The notes beneath the pieces were generated by a model. The model was not told the DNA's origin. It did not search any database and was given only the letters and a program-made list of their open reading frames with translations. Shown in pieces: positions 29,717 through 39,212 of a DNA stretch of 64,000 bases. The stretch lies in contig OY970178.1 of assembly GCA_963707915.1 (NCBI GenBank), forward strand, positions 1,216,001 through 1,280,000, in the 5' to 3' direction. The translations under genes and the position numbers were made by a program. The DNA is from Candidatus Eiseniibacteriota bacterium. GTDB taxonomy: Bacteria; Eisenbacteria; RBG-16-71-46. How positions within the stretch are numbered: the stretch's first letter is position 1; the number at the start of each line of letters is the position of its first letter.

Positions 29717-32473
29717 TCAGGGCTGGTTCGACATCTGCGGTGGCGGGATGGGTGCGCCCCGCGCCGCCTGGGGCCTCATCGTCTGCAGGATGGACTGCGC
29801 CCGCTGCTCCCCGGGGTTCACCTCCACCAGCCGCTGCAGGTAGCCCAGCGCCCGCTCGGTCTGCCCCGCCTGCGTCAGCGTGAAGTAGGCGCCGTAGTAC
29901 GGCTGCGCGGCGCCCGGGTCCAGCCCGATCGCGGCGTCGAACTCCCGCAGCGCCCCGGCCAGGTCGCGCTGGAACGCCAGCGTGACGCCGTAGTAGTAGT
30001 GCCCCTGGGCGTCGCCGGGCTGGCGCTGCACGAGCGTGCGGAAGAGCGTCGCCGCCCCGGCCGTGTCGCCCTTCTCCATGTAGAAGCCGCCCAGCCAGAC
30101 CAGCACTTCGGTGAAGTCCGGGAACATGCGCTGCACGCGCTCCATCTCCCCGATGGCGCGGTCGAGCTGGCCCTGGCGCCGGAAGTGGAAGGCGAGCCGC
30201 ACGTGCGCCGAGGCGTAGTTGCGCGAGAGCGTCGAGGCGTTCTCGTCCTTGTACACCGTCGGGTCCCACGAGCCGTCGGCCGTGAACAGACCGTCGTAGC
30301 GGAACCGGTGATACAGGTTCCGCTCCATCGCCGGCACGTCGATGTCACCCTGCAGCGAGTCCCGGTTCACCCGGTAGACCAGCCCCTCGAGCGTGAAGTA
30401 GGGATCGAGGCCGAAGTGCTCGGGGACGGTGACGGCGAAGTACGGCTGCTTGATCCAGCCGGTGTCGCGCCGCGACGCCTCGATGATGTGCCCGACCATG
30501 AAGTCGCTGGTGTAGATGATGCGGCCCGCACTGTCCCGGACCGCCCCGCCGCCGAGCATCCGGATGACGTCGTCGGGCAGGTCGATCGGCACCTTCGGCT
30601 CCTGGTCGCGCAACTGGAAGATGTACCAGTCGGTGTTCAGCAGGCTCAGGTTCACGACCTTGACGTCCTTGCGGAAGCCCTCGACCTGCTGGATGTACCA
30701 CAGCGGGTAGGTGTCGTTGTCGCCGTTGGTGAACACGAACGAGTTCGGCGCCAGCGGCGCCAGGATGTTCCACGCGTAGTCCCGCGCCACCGTGTTCCGG
30801 CTGTTGTCCGAGCTGAACCACAGGTTGCGCATCACCACGAACGGCTGCACCGCCAGCAGCACCGCCGCCGCCGCCGTCGCCGTCCGCCGCGTCACCCCCG
30901 GCTCGAACGAGTCCCGGATCCACCCCACCAGCCCCACGATCCCCAGCCCCATCCAGATCGTGTACGTCAGGTAGCCGGTCGTGAAGAAGTAGTCCCGGTC
31001 CCGCACCTCCTGGTCGCTGAAGTTCAGGAACAGGATCATCCCCACCGTCGCGAACAGGAACAGCGTCAGCATGGTCAGGAACGTCACCCGCTCCCGCCGC
31101 GCCTGCCAATAGCCCCCCAGCCCCCCCAGCAGCAGCGGCAGCAGCACCTGCCACAGCCGCGGCTCGCCCTGCACCGGGATCCCGCCCTCCACCTTCAGCG
31201 TGCTCGCCAGCGGCCACTGCCGCTTCCAGTACCGCCAGAACTCCTTGTCCAGCTGCGTGCGCAGCGTCCCCCGCCGCACGAACATGCTGGTGTGCCCGTA
31301 CTGCTCGCGCTCCAGCAGCCGCTTCAGCGCCGGCCAGTCCGACGGCGTGCCCATGTTGATCGCCGGGTGCTGCGCCGCCCGGATCGGCAGGTACAGGTGC
31401 GTCGAGTAGCCCGCCGTCATCAGGAACAGCGCCAGCGCCAGGATCCGCCCCTCGCGGTGCCGCAGCGCCAGCGCCACCACCGGCACCACCACCACCGCCA
31501 CCGACACCAGCGCCGCCAGCGGCGTGAACGCCGCCGGCCCGAACGCGAAGTACGCCCCGTACAGCGCCCCCGCCGTCGCCCCCAGCGCCAGCCACGCCTC
31601 CAGCTTGCGCTGCGCCACGTAGTACCAGAACACCAGGATCGACAGCACCAGGATGATCCCCGCCATCCGCTCCAGCCCGTACGTCACCCCCAGCACCGAC
31701 GCCATCGGCATCGCGAACAGCACGAACACCCGCCGGTCCACCAGCGCCAGCAGCACCAGCAGCGGCAGCCCCATCATCCCCACCCCCAGCATCAGCCCCA
31801 CCGACAGCCACATCACGTACACCGCCACCAGCAACGGCCCCACCGTCGGCCGCTGCTCGTGCGCCTCCCACCAGCGCAGCGCCAGCCACAGGATCAGCAC
31901 CTGCGCCATCGCCATCTCCGAGTACGTCTCCGCCCCGGTCGCGTTGTCCCAGAAGTTGCTCGAGAACGCCAGCATCAACGCCCCCGTCACCGCCCCCAGC
32001 TGCGCCAGCCACTCCGTCCCCAGCATCGCCAGCAGCCCCGGCCCCTTCGCCAGCAGGTCCGGCACCGCCACCGGCTCCGCCGCCGCCGCCATCACGCCCC
32101 GCCGCTGCGCGATGCGGATCAGCCGCAGCGTCACCAGGTAGGTCAGCAGCACCCCCAGCGCCGAGGCCAGCGCCGACATCCCGTTCACCCGCTGCGCCAC
32201 GTTCCCCAGCGGCACCAGCGTCGCCACCCGGCCCAGTAGCACGTAGAACGGCGTCCCCGGCGGGTGCGGGATGCCCAGGATCTTCGAGACCGTGATGAAC
32301 TCGCCCGCATCCCAGAACGGGACGGTCGGCGCCAGCGTGCGCAGGTAGACGCCCAGGGCGGCGAGGAACACCAGCAGGCCGATCAGGGGGGTCGGCTGGC
32401 CCGCCCTGGGGGCGGGCGACGCGGGCGTGGTCGTGTCCTTCAAGAGTGCCTCCATGGCCGCCGACTGCTGCAC
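29717..32473 (-). CDS. DUF2723/TMEM260-like GT-C protein O-mannosyltransferase with C-terminal TPRs, copy A (start may be ATG 32455)
   Basis: FWDAGEFI..GIPHPPGTPFY, AETYS, YLPIRA, REQYG, RDRDYFF, FTNGDNDTYPLWYIQQVEG, GLVYR, TPR tail. Confidence 0.88.
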   Translation of the reverse strand: MQQSAAMEALLKDTTTPASPAPRAGQPTPLIGLLVFLAALGVYLRTLAPTVPFWDAGEFITVSKILGIPHPPGTPFYVLLGRVATLVPLGNVAQRVNGMSALASALGVLLTYLVTLRLIRIAQRRGVMAAAAEPVAVPDLLAKGPGLLAMLGTEWLAQLGAVTGALMLAFSSNFWDNATGAETYSEMAMAQVLILWLALRWWEAHEQRPTVGPLLVAVYVMWLSVGLMLGVGMMGLPLLVLLALVDRRVFVLFAMPMASVLGVTYGLERMAGIILVLSILVFWYYVAQRKLEAWLALGATAGALYGAYFAFGPAAFTPLAALVSVAVVVVPVVALALRHREGRILALALFLMTAGYSTHLYLPIRAAQHPAINMGTPSDWPALKRLLEREQYGHTSMFVRRGTLRTQLDKEFWRYWKRQWPLASTLKVEGGIPVQGEPRLWQVLLPLLLGGLGGYWQARRERVTFLTMLTLFLFATVGMILFLNFSDQEVRDRDYFFTTGYLTYTIWMGLGIVGLVGWIRDSFEPGVTRRTATAAAAVLLAVQPFVVMRNLWFSSDNSRNTVARDYAWNILAPLAPNSFVFTNGDNDTYPLWYIQQVEGFRKDVKVVNLSLLNTDWYIFQLRDQEPKVPIDLPDDVIRMLGGGAVRDSAGRIIYTSDFMVGHIIEASRRDTGWIKQPYFAVTVPEHFGLDPYFTLEGLVYRVNRDSLQGDIDVPAMERNLYHRFRYDGLFTADGSWDPTVYKDENASTLSRNYASAHVRLAFHFRRQGQLDRAIGEMERVQRMFPDFTEVLVWLGGFYMEKGDTAGAATLFRTLVQRQPGDAQGHYYYGVTLAFQRDLAGALREFDAAIGLDPGAAQPYYGAYFTLTQAGQTERALGYLQRLVEVNPGEQRAQSILQTMRPQAARGAPIPPPQMSNQP
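30662..32292. repeat. Copy A of 1.63 kb near-identical direct repeat with intense strand skew (GRINS-like)
   Basis: Matches 34485-36115 at constant offset 3823; only two substitutions spotted by eye (32025/35848, 32237/36060); plus strand strongly C- and A-rich. Confidence 0.9.
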
Positions 32474-32506
32474 TCACCTCGGTGCTGTTCAACGAGTTGG
32501 GCTGCG

Positions 32507-32515
32507 AGCCTACCA
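32507..32515 (-). promoter_or_regulatory. Putative extended -10 internal promoter for DUF2723 copy A and downstream genes
   Basis: TGGTAGGCT (TGn + TAGGCT) in the intergenic gap, ~35 nt upstream of the start and an AGGTG RBS-like motif. Confidence 0.45.
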
Positions 32516-32654
32516 CCGAGGGCGACCGCACGGAAGCGCGTGGCGCCGCGCGGGCCCCGCGGACCTCGATCCCGGATGCGCGCGGCCGGCCGCCCGGGCG
32601 CGAGCGGCCCGGGGGACGCGGCGGGACACCCGGCGCGACCGCCCGCTCCCGCGA

Positions 32655-33482
32655 TCAGCAGATCGACTCCCGCTCCTTGGCGACCCGGGCCCCGCCGCCC
32701 GTCCACGACGGGTCACGCTCGAACTCGAGGAAGAGATGCTTGCCGAAGAGCACCGCGGGATGGAGGTTCAGCCGCACCATCTCCCGGCCGGTCGCCCGCT
32801 TGGCGCCGGGATCCAGCGCCGGGTCCCGGCGCAGGCTCGAGAGGTAGGCGTAGGCGCTGGCCAGCGCCAGCAGCGGGTACAGGAAGGCCAGCGCCAGCGA
32901 CGTGCCGCTGGCGCGCACGGCGTGGATCCGCTTGATGCGCAGCCCGGCGACGCGGGCGAGGACGCGCAGCCGCTGGGCCGGGAGGAGGAAGAGATGGCCG
33001 AAGTACATCTCTCCCCGCGCGGAGAACCAGACGCCATTGAGTTCGTTCTCGGGAAGCCGGTTGTACAGATCGCTCTCGAGCAGGAGGTGACTCAGCCTCG
33101 CCCTCAGGTGGGAGGGGTTCGGGGTCGTCAGCACCAGCGTCCCGTCGCGCTTCAGGATGCGGCGCAGCTCCTGGAGGGCGAAGAGCTGGTTGGGGAGGTG
33201 CTCGATCCCCTCCTGGCAGAGCACCAGGTCGGCGTGCTCGTCGTCGATCGGCAGGGGCTTCTGCAGGTCCGCCGTACGGCAGGCGACGCCACGGGCCCGG
33301 TGGAACTCCGGGAACAGGTCGTAGGCCTCCACCCGGGCTCCCCGCTCGATCAGCAGGTCGTCGAGGTAGCCGGTCCCTGCGGGGATGTCCACGACCGTCG
33401 CGCCGGCGAGTCCCGGCATCCGGGCGAAGTGCTCGCGGACGACGTTCTTGATGTCCCCGCTCGCTCGGGAGAAGCGGAGCAT
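32655..33482 (-). CDS. Class I SAM methyltransferase between the DUF2723 paralogs
   Basis: VVDIPAGTG, DLVLCQEGIEHL, RILKRDGTLVLTTPN. Confidence 0.82.
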   Translation of the reverse strand: MLRFSRASGDIKNVVREHFARMPGLAGATVVDIPAGTGYLDDLLIERGARVEAYDLFPEFHRARGVACRTADLQKPLPIDDEHADLVLCQEGIEHLPNQLFALQELRRILKRDGTLVLTTPNPSHLRARLSHLLLESDLYNRLPENELNGVWFSARGEMYFGHLFLLPAQRLRVLARVAGLRIKRIHAVRASGTSLALAFLYPLLALASAYAYLSSLRRDPALDPGAKRATGREMVRLNLHPAVLFGKHLFLEFERDPSWTGGGARVAKERESIC

Positions 33483-33551
33483 GTCAGGCGCCCGAAGACG
33501 GGTCGGCGGCCGGGTCCGTGGACCCGCGGACCGCGACGGCGCAGCCCGGCC

Positions 33552-36281
33552 TCAAGGCCGGCCGGGCGGCGGGACCGGCATCGCCGAGGCCCGGGGCCTC
33601 ATCATCTGCAGGATGGCCTGCGCCTGCTGCTCCCCCGGGTTCGCCTCCACCAGCCGCTGCAGGTAGCCCAGCGCCTGCTCGGTCTGCCCCGCCTGGCCCA
33701 GCGTGTAGTAGGCGCCGTAGTACGGCCGCACGTACGTGGGATCCAGCCGGATCGCGGCGTCGAACTCCCGCAGCGCCCCGGCCAGGTCGCGCTGGAACGC
33801 CAGCGTGATGCCCAGGTAGTAGCGGACCTCCGGATTGTCGGGCCGGCGCTGCGCCAGGCCCCGGAAGAGCTCCAGCGCCTTGGCCGTGTCACGCTTCTCC
33901 ATGTAGAAGCCACCCAGCGGGATCAGCACGTCGGCGAAGTCCGGGAACATGCGCTGCACGCGCTCCATCTCCCCGATGGCGCGGTCGAGCTGGCCGCGCT
34001 GGTGGTAGACGTAGGCGAGCTGCAGATGCGCCGAGGCGTAGTTGCGCGAGAGCGTCACGGCGCTCTCGTCCTTGAACACCGTGCGATCGATCGAGCCGTC
34101 GGCCGTGAACAGACCGTCGTAGCGGAACCGGTGATACAGGTTCCGCTCCATCGCCGGCACGTCGATCGGGGCCTGCAGCGAGTCCCGGTTCACCCGGTAG
34201 ACCAGCCCCTCGAGCGTGAGGTAGGGACCGTAGCCCCGGTGGTCCGGCGCCGTCACCGCGAAGTACGGCTGCTTGATCCAGCCGGTGTCGCGCCGCGACG
34301 CCTCGATGATGTGCCCGACCATGAAGTCGTTGGTGTAGATGACGCGGCCCTCGTTGTCCTCGAAGGCCCCGCCCCCGATCCCCCGGACGACCTCGTCGGG
34401 CAGGTCGATCGGCACCTTCGGCTCCTGGTCGCGCAACTGGAAGATGTACCAGTCGGTCTGGAGCAGGGCGAGACAGACGACGCGGACGTCCTTGCGGAAG
34501 CCCTCGACCTGCTGGATGTACCACAGCGGGTAGGTGTCGTTGTCGCCGTTGGTGAACACGAACGAGTTCGGCGCCAGCGGCGCCAGGATGTTCCACGCGT
34601 AGTCCCGCGCCACCGTGTTCCGGCTGTTGTCCGAGCTGAACCACAGGTTGCGCATCACCACGAACGGCTGCACCGCCAGCAGCACCGCCGCCGCCGCCGT
34701 CGCCGTCCGCCGCGTCACCCCCGGCTCGAACGAGTCCCGGATCCACCCCACCAGCCCCACGATCCCCAGCCCCATCCAGATCGTGTACGTCAGGTAGCCG
34801 GTCGTGAAGAAGTAGTCCCGGTCCCGCACCTCCTGGTCGCTGAAGTTCAGGAACAGGATCATCCCCACCGTCGCGAACAGGAACAGCGTCAGCATGGTCA
34901 GGAACGTCACCCGCTCCCGCCGCGCCTGCCAATAGCCCCCCAGCCCCCCCAGCAGCAGCGGCAGCAGCACCTGCCACAGCCGCGGCTCGCCCTGCACCGG
35001 GATCCCGCCCTCCACCTTCAGCGTGCTCGCCAGCGGCCACTGCCGCTTCCAGTACCGCCAGAACTCCTTGTCCAGCTGCGTGCGCAGCGTCCCCCGCCGC
35101 ACGAACATGCTGGTGTGCCCGTACTGCTCGCGCTCCAGCAGCCGCTTCAGCGCCGGCCAGTCCGACGGCGTGCCCATGTTGATCGCCGGGTGCTGCGCCG
35201 CCCGGATCGGCAGGTACAGGTGCGTCGAGTAGCCCGCCGTCATCAGGAACAGCGCCAGCGCCAGGATCCGCCCCTCGCGGTGCCGCAGCGCCAGCGCCAC
35301 CACCGGCACCACCACCACCGCCACCGACACCAGCGCCGCCAGCGGCGTGAACGCCGCCGGCCCGAACGCGAAGTACGCCCCGTACAGCGCCCCCGCCGTC
35401 GCCCCCAGCGCCAGCCACGCCTCCAGCTTGCGCTGCGCCACGTAGTACCAGAACACCAGGATCGACAGCACCAGGATGATCCCCGCCATCCGCTCCAGCC
35501 CGTACGTCACCCCCAGCACCGACGCCATCGGCATCGCGAACAGCACGAACACCCGCCGGTCCACCAGCGCCAGCAGCACCAGCAGCGGCAGCCCCATCAT
35601 CCCCACCCCCAGCATCAGCCCCACCGACAGCCACATCACGTACACCGCCACCAGCAACGGCCCCACCGTCGGCCGCTGCTCGTGCGCCTCCCACCAGCGC
35701 AGCGCCAGCCACAGGATCAGCACCTGCGCCATCGCCATCTCCGAGTACGTCTCCGCCCCGGTCGCGTTGTCCCAGAAGTTGCTCGAGAACGCCAGCATCA
35801 ACGCCCCCGTCACCGCCCCCAGCTGCGCCAGCCACTCCGTCCCCAGCGTCGCCAGCAGCCCCGGCCCCTTCGCCAGCAGGTCCGGCACCGCCACCGGCTC
35901 CGCCGCCGCCGCCATCACGCCCCGCCGCTGCGCGATGCGGATCAGCCGCAGCGTCACCAGGTAGGTCAGCAGCACCCCCAGCGCCGAGGCCAGCGCCGAC
36001 ATCCCGTTCACCCGCTGCGCCACGTTCCCCAGCGGCACCAGCGTCGCCACCCGGCCCAGCAGCACGTAGAACGGCGTCCCCGGCGGGTGCGGGATGCCCA
36101 GGATCTTCGAGACCGAGATGAACTCGCCCGCGTCCCAGAACGGCGCGGACGGCGCCAGCGTGCGCAGGTAGACGCCCAGGGCGGCGAGGAACACCAGCAG
36201 GCCGGCCATGAAGGTCAGGCGTCCCGGGCCCCGGTCCGTGCCGGGCACGCCGGGGGCGGTCGAAGAGGTCTTGTCCGTCAC
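33552..36281 (-). CDS. DUF2723/TMEM260-like GT-C protein O-mannosyltransferase with C-terminal TPRs, copy B
   Basis: Same motifs as copy A; GTG overlaps upstream TGA. Confidence 0.88.
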   Translation of the reverse strand: MTDKTSSTAPGVPGTDRGPGRLTFMAGLLVFLAALGVYLRTLAPSAPFWDAGEFISVSKILGIPHPPGTPFYVLLGRVATLVPLGNVAQRVNGMSALASALGVLLTYLVTLRLIRIAQRRGVMAAAAEPVAVPDLLAKGPGLLATLGTEWLAQLGAVTGALMLAFSSNFWDNATGAETYSEMAMAQVLILWLALRWWEAHEQRPTVGPLLVAVYVMWLSVGLMLGVGMMGLPLLVLLALVDRRVFVLFAMPMASVLGVTYGLERMAGIILVLSILVFWYYVAQRKLEAWLALGATAGALYGAYFAFGPAAFTPLAALVSVAVVVVPVVALALRHREGRILALALFLMTAGYSTHLYLPIRAAQHPAINMGTPSDWPALKRLLEREQYGHTSMFVRRGTLRTQLDKEFWRYWKRQWPLASTLKVEGGIPVQGEPRLWQVLLPLLLGGLGGYWQARRERVTFLTMLTLFLFATVGMILFLNFSDQEVRDRDYFFTTGYLTYTIWMGLGIVGLVGWIRDSFEPGVTRRTATAAAAVLLAVQPFVVMRNLWFSSDNSRNTVARDYAWNILAPLAPNSFVFTNGDNDTYPLWYIQQVEGFRKDVRVVCLALLQTDWYIFQLRDQEPKVPIDLPDEVVRGIGGGAFEDNEGRVIYTNDFMVGHIIEASRRDTGWIKQPYFAVTAPDHRGYGPYLTLEGLVYRVNRDSLQAPIDVPAMERNLYHRFRYDGLFTADGSIDRTVFKDESAVTLSRNYASAHLQLAYVYHQRGQLDRAIGEMERVQRMFPDFADVLIPLGGFYMEKRDTAKALELFRGLAQRRPDNPEVRYYLGITLAFQRDLAGALREFDAAIRLDPTYVRPYYGAYYTLGQAGQTEQALGYLQRLVEANPGEQQAQAILQMMRPRASAMPVPPPGRP
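34485..36115. repeat. Copy B of 1.63 kb near-identical skewed direct repeat (GRINS-like)
   Basis: Matches 30662-32292. Confidence 0.9.
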
Positions 36282-37303
36282 GAACTCCTCCGCATCTGTC
36301 GAGCGGCTGCACGGCGCCGGGGCGCGCGGGCCAGGAACACCAGGCCTCCCAGCAGACTGACCGCGACCGCCACGAGGTAGACGGTGAATTGTAGCGTGAA
36401 AGCCTCCGCGCGGCCCACACCCACCAGGCCGAACAGGACGATGCCCGTTCCCTCGCGCACGCCGATCCCGTTCAGCGAGATGGGCAGCGAGACCGCGATG
36501 GCGAGCAGCGGGACGAGCAGGAAGAAGAACTGCAGCCGCAGGTCGAGGCCCAGCGCGCGGGCCACCAGCACGTGCACGCCGATGCGCGCGACCTGCACCA
36601 CGATCGCCACGCCGAGCAGCCGCGCGAACAGGCCGCGGCGGTCACGGAAGTCGCGCAGCCGCCCGGCGAGGTCGTCCAGCGCCTGGTGGAACCCGCCCAG
36701 GCCGACGCGGGCCAGGCCGCGCTGCAGCACCGGCAGCGACGCGGGATGGAAGACCACCCAGGTCATGGCGACGCTGAGCGCGAAGAAGCCGACCAGCGCG
36801 AGGTAGACGGCCGAGATCGGCAGCCCCCCGACCTGATGGAAGTCCCGGAACGCGGGCAGCGTGGTGACCAGCGCGAGGCCGGCCAGCGCCAGCGTGCCGA
36901 GCAGGCGGTCCATGATCACGGTCGAGAAGGCGGCGGCGCGGCTCGGCCCGTAGCGTGCGGCGTCCAGCACGCGGGCGAAGTCGCCGCCGACGTTCGCGGG
37001 CAGGAAGTTGTTGAAGAAGAGCCCGACGTGGTAGTAGGACAGCACCTTCCAGAACGGGATGCGGATCTCGACCGCGCGCAGCAGCTGCTGCCACTGCCAG
37101 GCCCCCAGCACGTTGCTGGCGAGCAGCAGCGCGGCCGAGGCGGCCAGCCAGCCCGGATCCACGCCGCGCAGCGTCGCGCCCAGGTCGGCGAGGGGGATGC
37201 GGGCGAACAGGAAGGCCATCAGCCCCAGGCTGAAGATCACCTTGGCAGCGAGCAGCGACGCGCCGCGCCAGCCCGGCCGGCCCTCCGCGCGCGCCACGCT
37301 CAT
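36278..37303 (-). CDS. UPF0104 / lysylphosphatidylglycerol-synthase-TM family putative flippase
   Basis: GLFFNNFLPANVGGD, MDRLLG, LPISLNGIGVRE. Confidence 0.87.
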   Translation of the reverse strand: MSVARAEGRPGWRGASLLAAKVIFSLGLMAFLFARIPLADLGATLRGVDPGWLAASAALLLASNVLGAWQWQQLLRAVEIRIPFWKVLSYYHVGLFFNNFLPANVGGDFARVLDAARYGPSRAAAFSTVIMDRLLGTLALAGLALVTTLPAFRDFHQVGGLPISAVYLALVGFFALSVAMTWVVFHPASLPVLQRGLARVGLGGFHQALDDLAGRLRDFRDRRGLFARLLGVAIVVQVARIGVHVLVARALGLDLRLQFFFLLVPLLAIAVSLPISLNGIGVREGTGIVLFGLVGVGRAEAFTLQFTVYLVAVAVSLLGGLVFLARAPRRRAAARQMRRSS

Positions 37304-38424
37304 CCCCTGCCGTCCGCCCCGAGCAGGGCGTCGAGCGAGCGGCGAGCACAGTCCGGCCAAGTGAAGCGCGCCGCCCGGGCGCGGCCCTCGGCCTCGAAGC
37401 GCGCGCGCAGCGCGCCGTCCTCGAGCACCCGGGCCAGCGCGTCGGCCAGGCGCGCGTCGTCCCCGTACGGCACCAGCAGCCCGGTCTGGTCCCGGCACAC
37501 CGAATCGCGCAGGCCGGGGCTGTCGGCCGCCACCACCGCGGTCCCGCAGGCGCCCGCCTCCACCACCGTGAGGCCCCAGCCCTCCTTGGGCGAGGGCTGC
37601 ACCAGCGCCCACGCCTGCTGCAGGGCCCGCACCGTCTCCGCGCGCGGCAGGAAGCCGCGGAACTCGACCGCCTCCCCCACGCCCAGGCGGCGCGCGGCCT
37701 GCACCAGCTCCGCGCGGAACGGCCCGTCCCCGATCACGACCAGCCGCGCGCCGGGCACCCGTTCGCGCACCCGCGGCATGGCGCGCATCACCCAGTCCAC
37801 GCCCTTGTAGCGGCGCAAGCGCCCGAGGAAGACGATGGTGGGCCCGGCGTCCTTCGCGACCGCCGGGTCGTGGCGATAGGTCCCGTGGTCCATGCCGCAG
37901 TGCACCACGCGGACGCGCTCCGGGGCGATCCCGCGGCGCACCAGGTCGTCCCGCGTGCTCTCCGAGATGGCGACGAACGGCGAGCGGCGGTAGACGAACG
38001 GGATGAGCCACTCGAGCAGCACGACGTAGGTCGCGACCGGGACCGAGGCCTCGAGGAACGCGGTGGCCCCGAACAGGTGCGGCACGATCGCCGCCACCGG
38101 GGCGGCCGTCCACCAGGGCGCGAAGCACGGGATCTTGTTGATGTCCTCGACCACGAGTCCGGGCGCGGGATCCGAGAACTCCCGCCGCAGCACGCCCGGC
38201 ACCACGAGGTTGAAGTTCCACCAGGTGCCGCGCCGCACGACGCGCATCCCCCGGTGCGTGGACTCGGGCGCGCCGCCCGGGAAACCGCAGGCCAGCCAGG
38301 TCACGCGCCAGCCGCGCCGCACCGCCTCGAGCAGGATCTCCTCGAGGTGCAACTCGGCCCCGCCCGCCTCGGGGTGCGCCGGGTCGCGGAAGTTGATGGC
38401 CAGCAGGTGGGGCGCGGCGCTCAT
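37300..38424 (-). CDS. GT4 family glycosyltransferase
   Basis: NFRDPAHPEAGGAE, GRLRRYKG, KEGWGLTVVEAGACGT, PGLRDSV. Confidence 0.9.
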   Translation of the reverse strand: MSAAPHLLAINFRDPAHPEAGGAELHLEEILLEAVRRGWRVTWLACGFPGGAPESTHRGMRVVRRGTWWNFNLVVPGVLRREFSDPAPGLVVEDINKIPCFAPWWTAAPVAAIVPHLFGATAFLEASVPVATYVVLLEWLIPFVYRRSPFVAISESTRDDLVRRGIAPERVRVVHCGMDHGTYRHDPAVAKDAGPTIVFLGRLRRYKGVDWVMRAMPRVRERVPGARLVVIGDGPFRAELVQAARRLGVGEAVEFRGFLPRAETVRALQQAWALVQPSPKEGWGLTVVEAGACGTAVVAADSPGLRDSVCRDQTGLLVPYGDDARLADALARVLEDGALRARFEAEGRARAARFTWPDCARRSLDALLGADGRG

Positions 38425-39212
38425 GGCTTCTCGGCCACCGTGCCGATGACGTGGCAGGTGTAGAGCGCCCAGCGTCGACGGCCGAGCCGCGCGCGCAGCC
38501 CCTCCCAGCCCGACCGCCAGAAGCGCGGGCCCGCCGGCTCGAGCGGCAGGGAGACGCGCAGCGTCCGCCGGAGTCCCTCGCGCAGGACGCGGTAGCCGAG
38601 CCCCGGCACCATCCACTCGCCGTAGCTGCGCCGGGGCGCGAGACCGCTCGCCTCCAGCAGGCGCTCCAGTCCCGCGGGCGTGAACTGGGTCTCCCAGCCC
38701 GCGAACCAGCGGTTCAGCGCGATCAGGACCTGCTTCATCAGCGTGTAGGGGTGGAAGGTCTGCGGCACGTCCACGATCACGCGCCCGCCGCGCGCCGCGA
38801 CGCGGGCGTTCTCGCGCAGCAGCGGCAGCGGATCGCGGAAGTGCTCGAGCAGGCCCTGGTGGAAGACCACGTCGAAGGCGCCGTCGCGGAACGGCATGCG
38901 CAGCGCGTCGGCCTGCACCAGCAGCACCGGCACGCCCTGCTCACCGGCCTGGCGCCGCACCAGCCCGAGCGAGGCCGGGGAGTAGTCGAGCACCACCCCC
39001 ACCGCGCCCGCGCGCGCCAGGGCCAGCAGGTCGCGGCCCGAGCCGGCCCCCACCTCCATCACCCGGCGGCCCGCGACCGGCCCCTCGCGCAGCACCTCGC
39101 GGGCCAGGCGCCCGCCGGTCGAGTAGGTCCGGTCGAGGTCGGCGTGACCCTTCCAGTACGACTCCCAGTGATCCAGCGTGGACTCGCGCCGCGCGGTCGG
39201 ATCGCCCGTCAT
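38421..39212 (-). CDS. Class I SAM methyltransferase
   Basis: MEVGAGSGRD, DALRMPF, FDVVFHQGLLEHF. Confidence 0.85.
   Translation of the reverse strand: MTGDPTARRESTLDHWESYWKGHADLDRTYSTGGRLAREVLREGPVAGRRVMEVGAGSGRDLLALARAGAVGVVLDYSPASLGLVRRQAGEQGVPVLLVQADALRMPFRDGAFDVVFHQGLLEHFRDPLPLLRENARVAARGGRVIVDVPQTFHPYTLMKQVLIALNRWFAGWETQFTPAGLERLLEASGLAPRRSYGEWMVPGLGYRVLREGLRRTLRVSLPLEPAGPRFWRSGWEGLRARLGRRRWALYTCHVIGTVAEKP

Noticed and set aside
29717..36281. Diversity-generating retroelement TR/VR pair
   Set aside because: No reverse transcriptase seen, the repeat is kilobase-scale within two full genes, and differences are not adenine-specific.
32427..36380. Very long plus-strand ORFs (1317 aa here; also 29594-32239, 24850-27549, 53804-56053)
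   Set aside because: Antisense shadows of real minus-strand genes in high-GC DNA; the His/Gln/Arg-rich composition mirrors G-ending codons.
30345..36420. Gly/Ala-rich low-complexity ORFs 30345-32531 and 33889-36420 resembling PGRS or collagen-like proteins
   Set aside because: Off-frame readings of the DUF2723 genes in which the G-rich third position becomes the first; a by-product of the skew.
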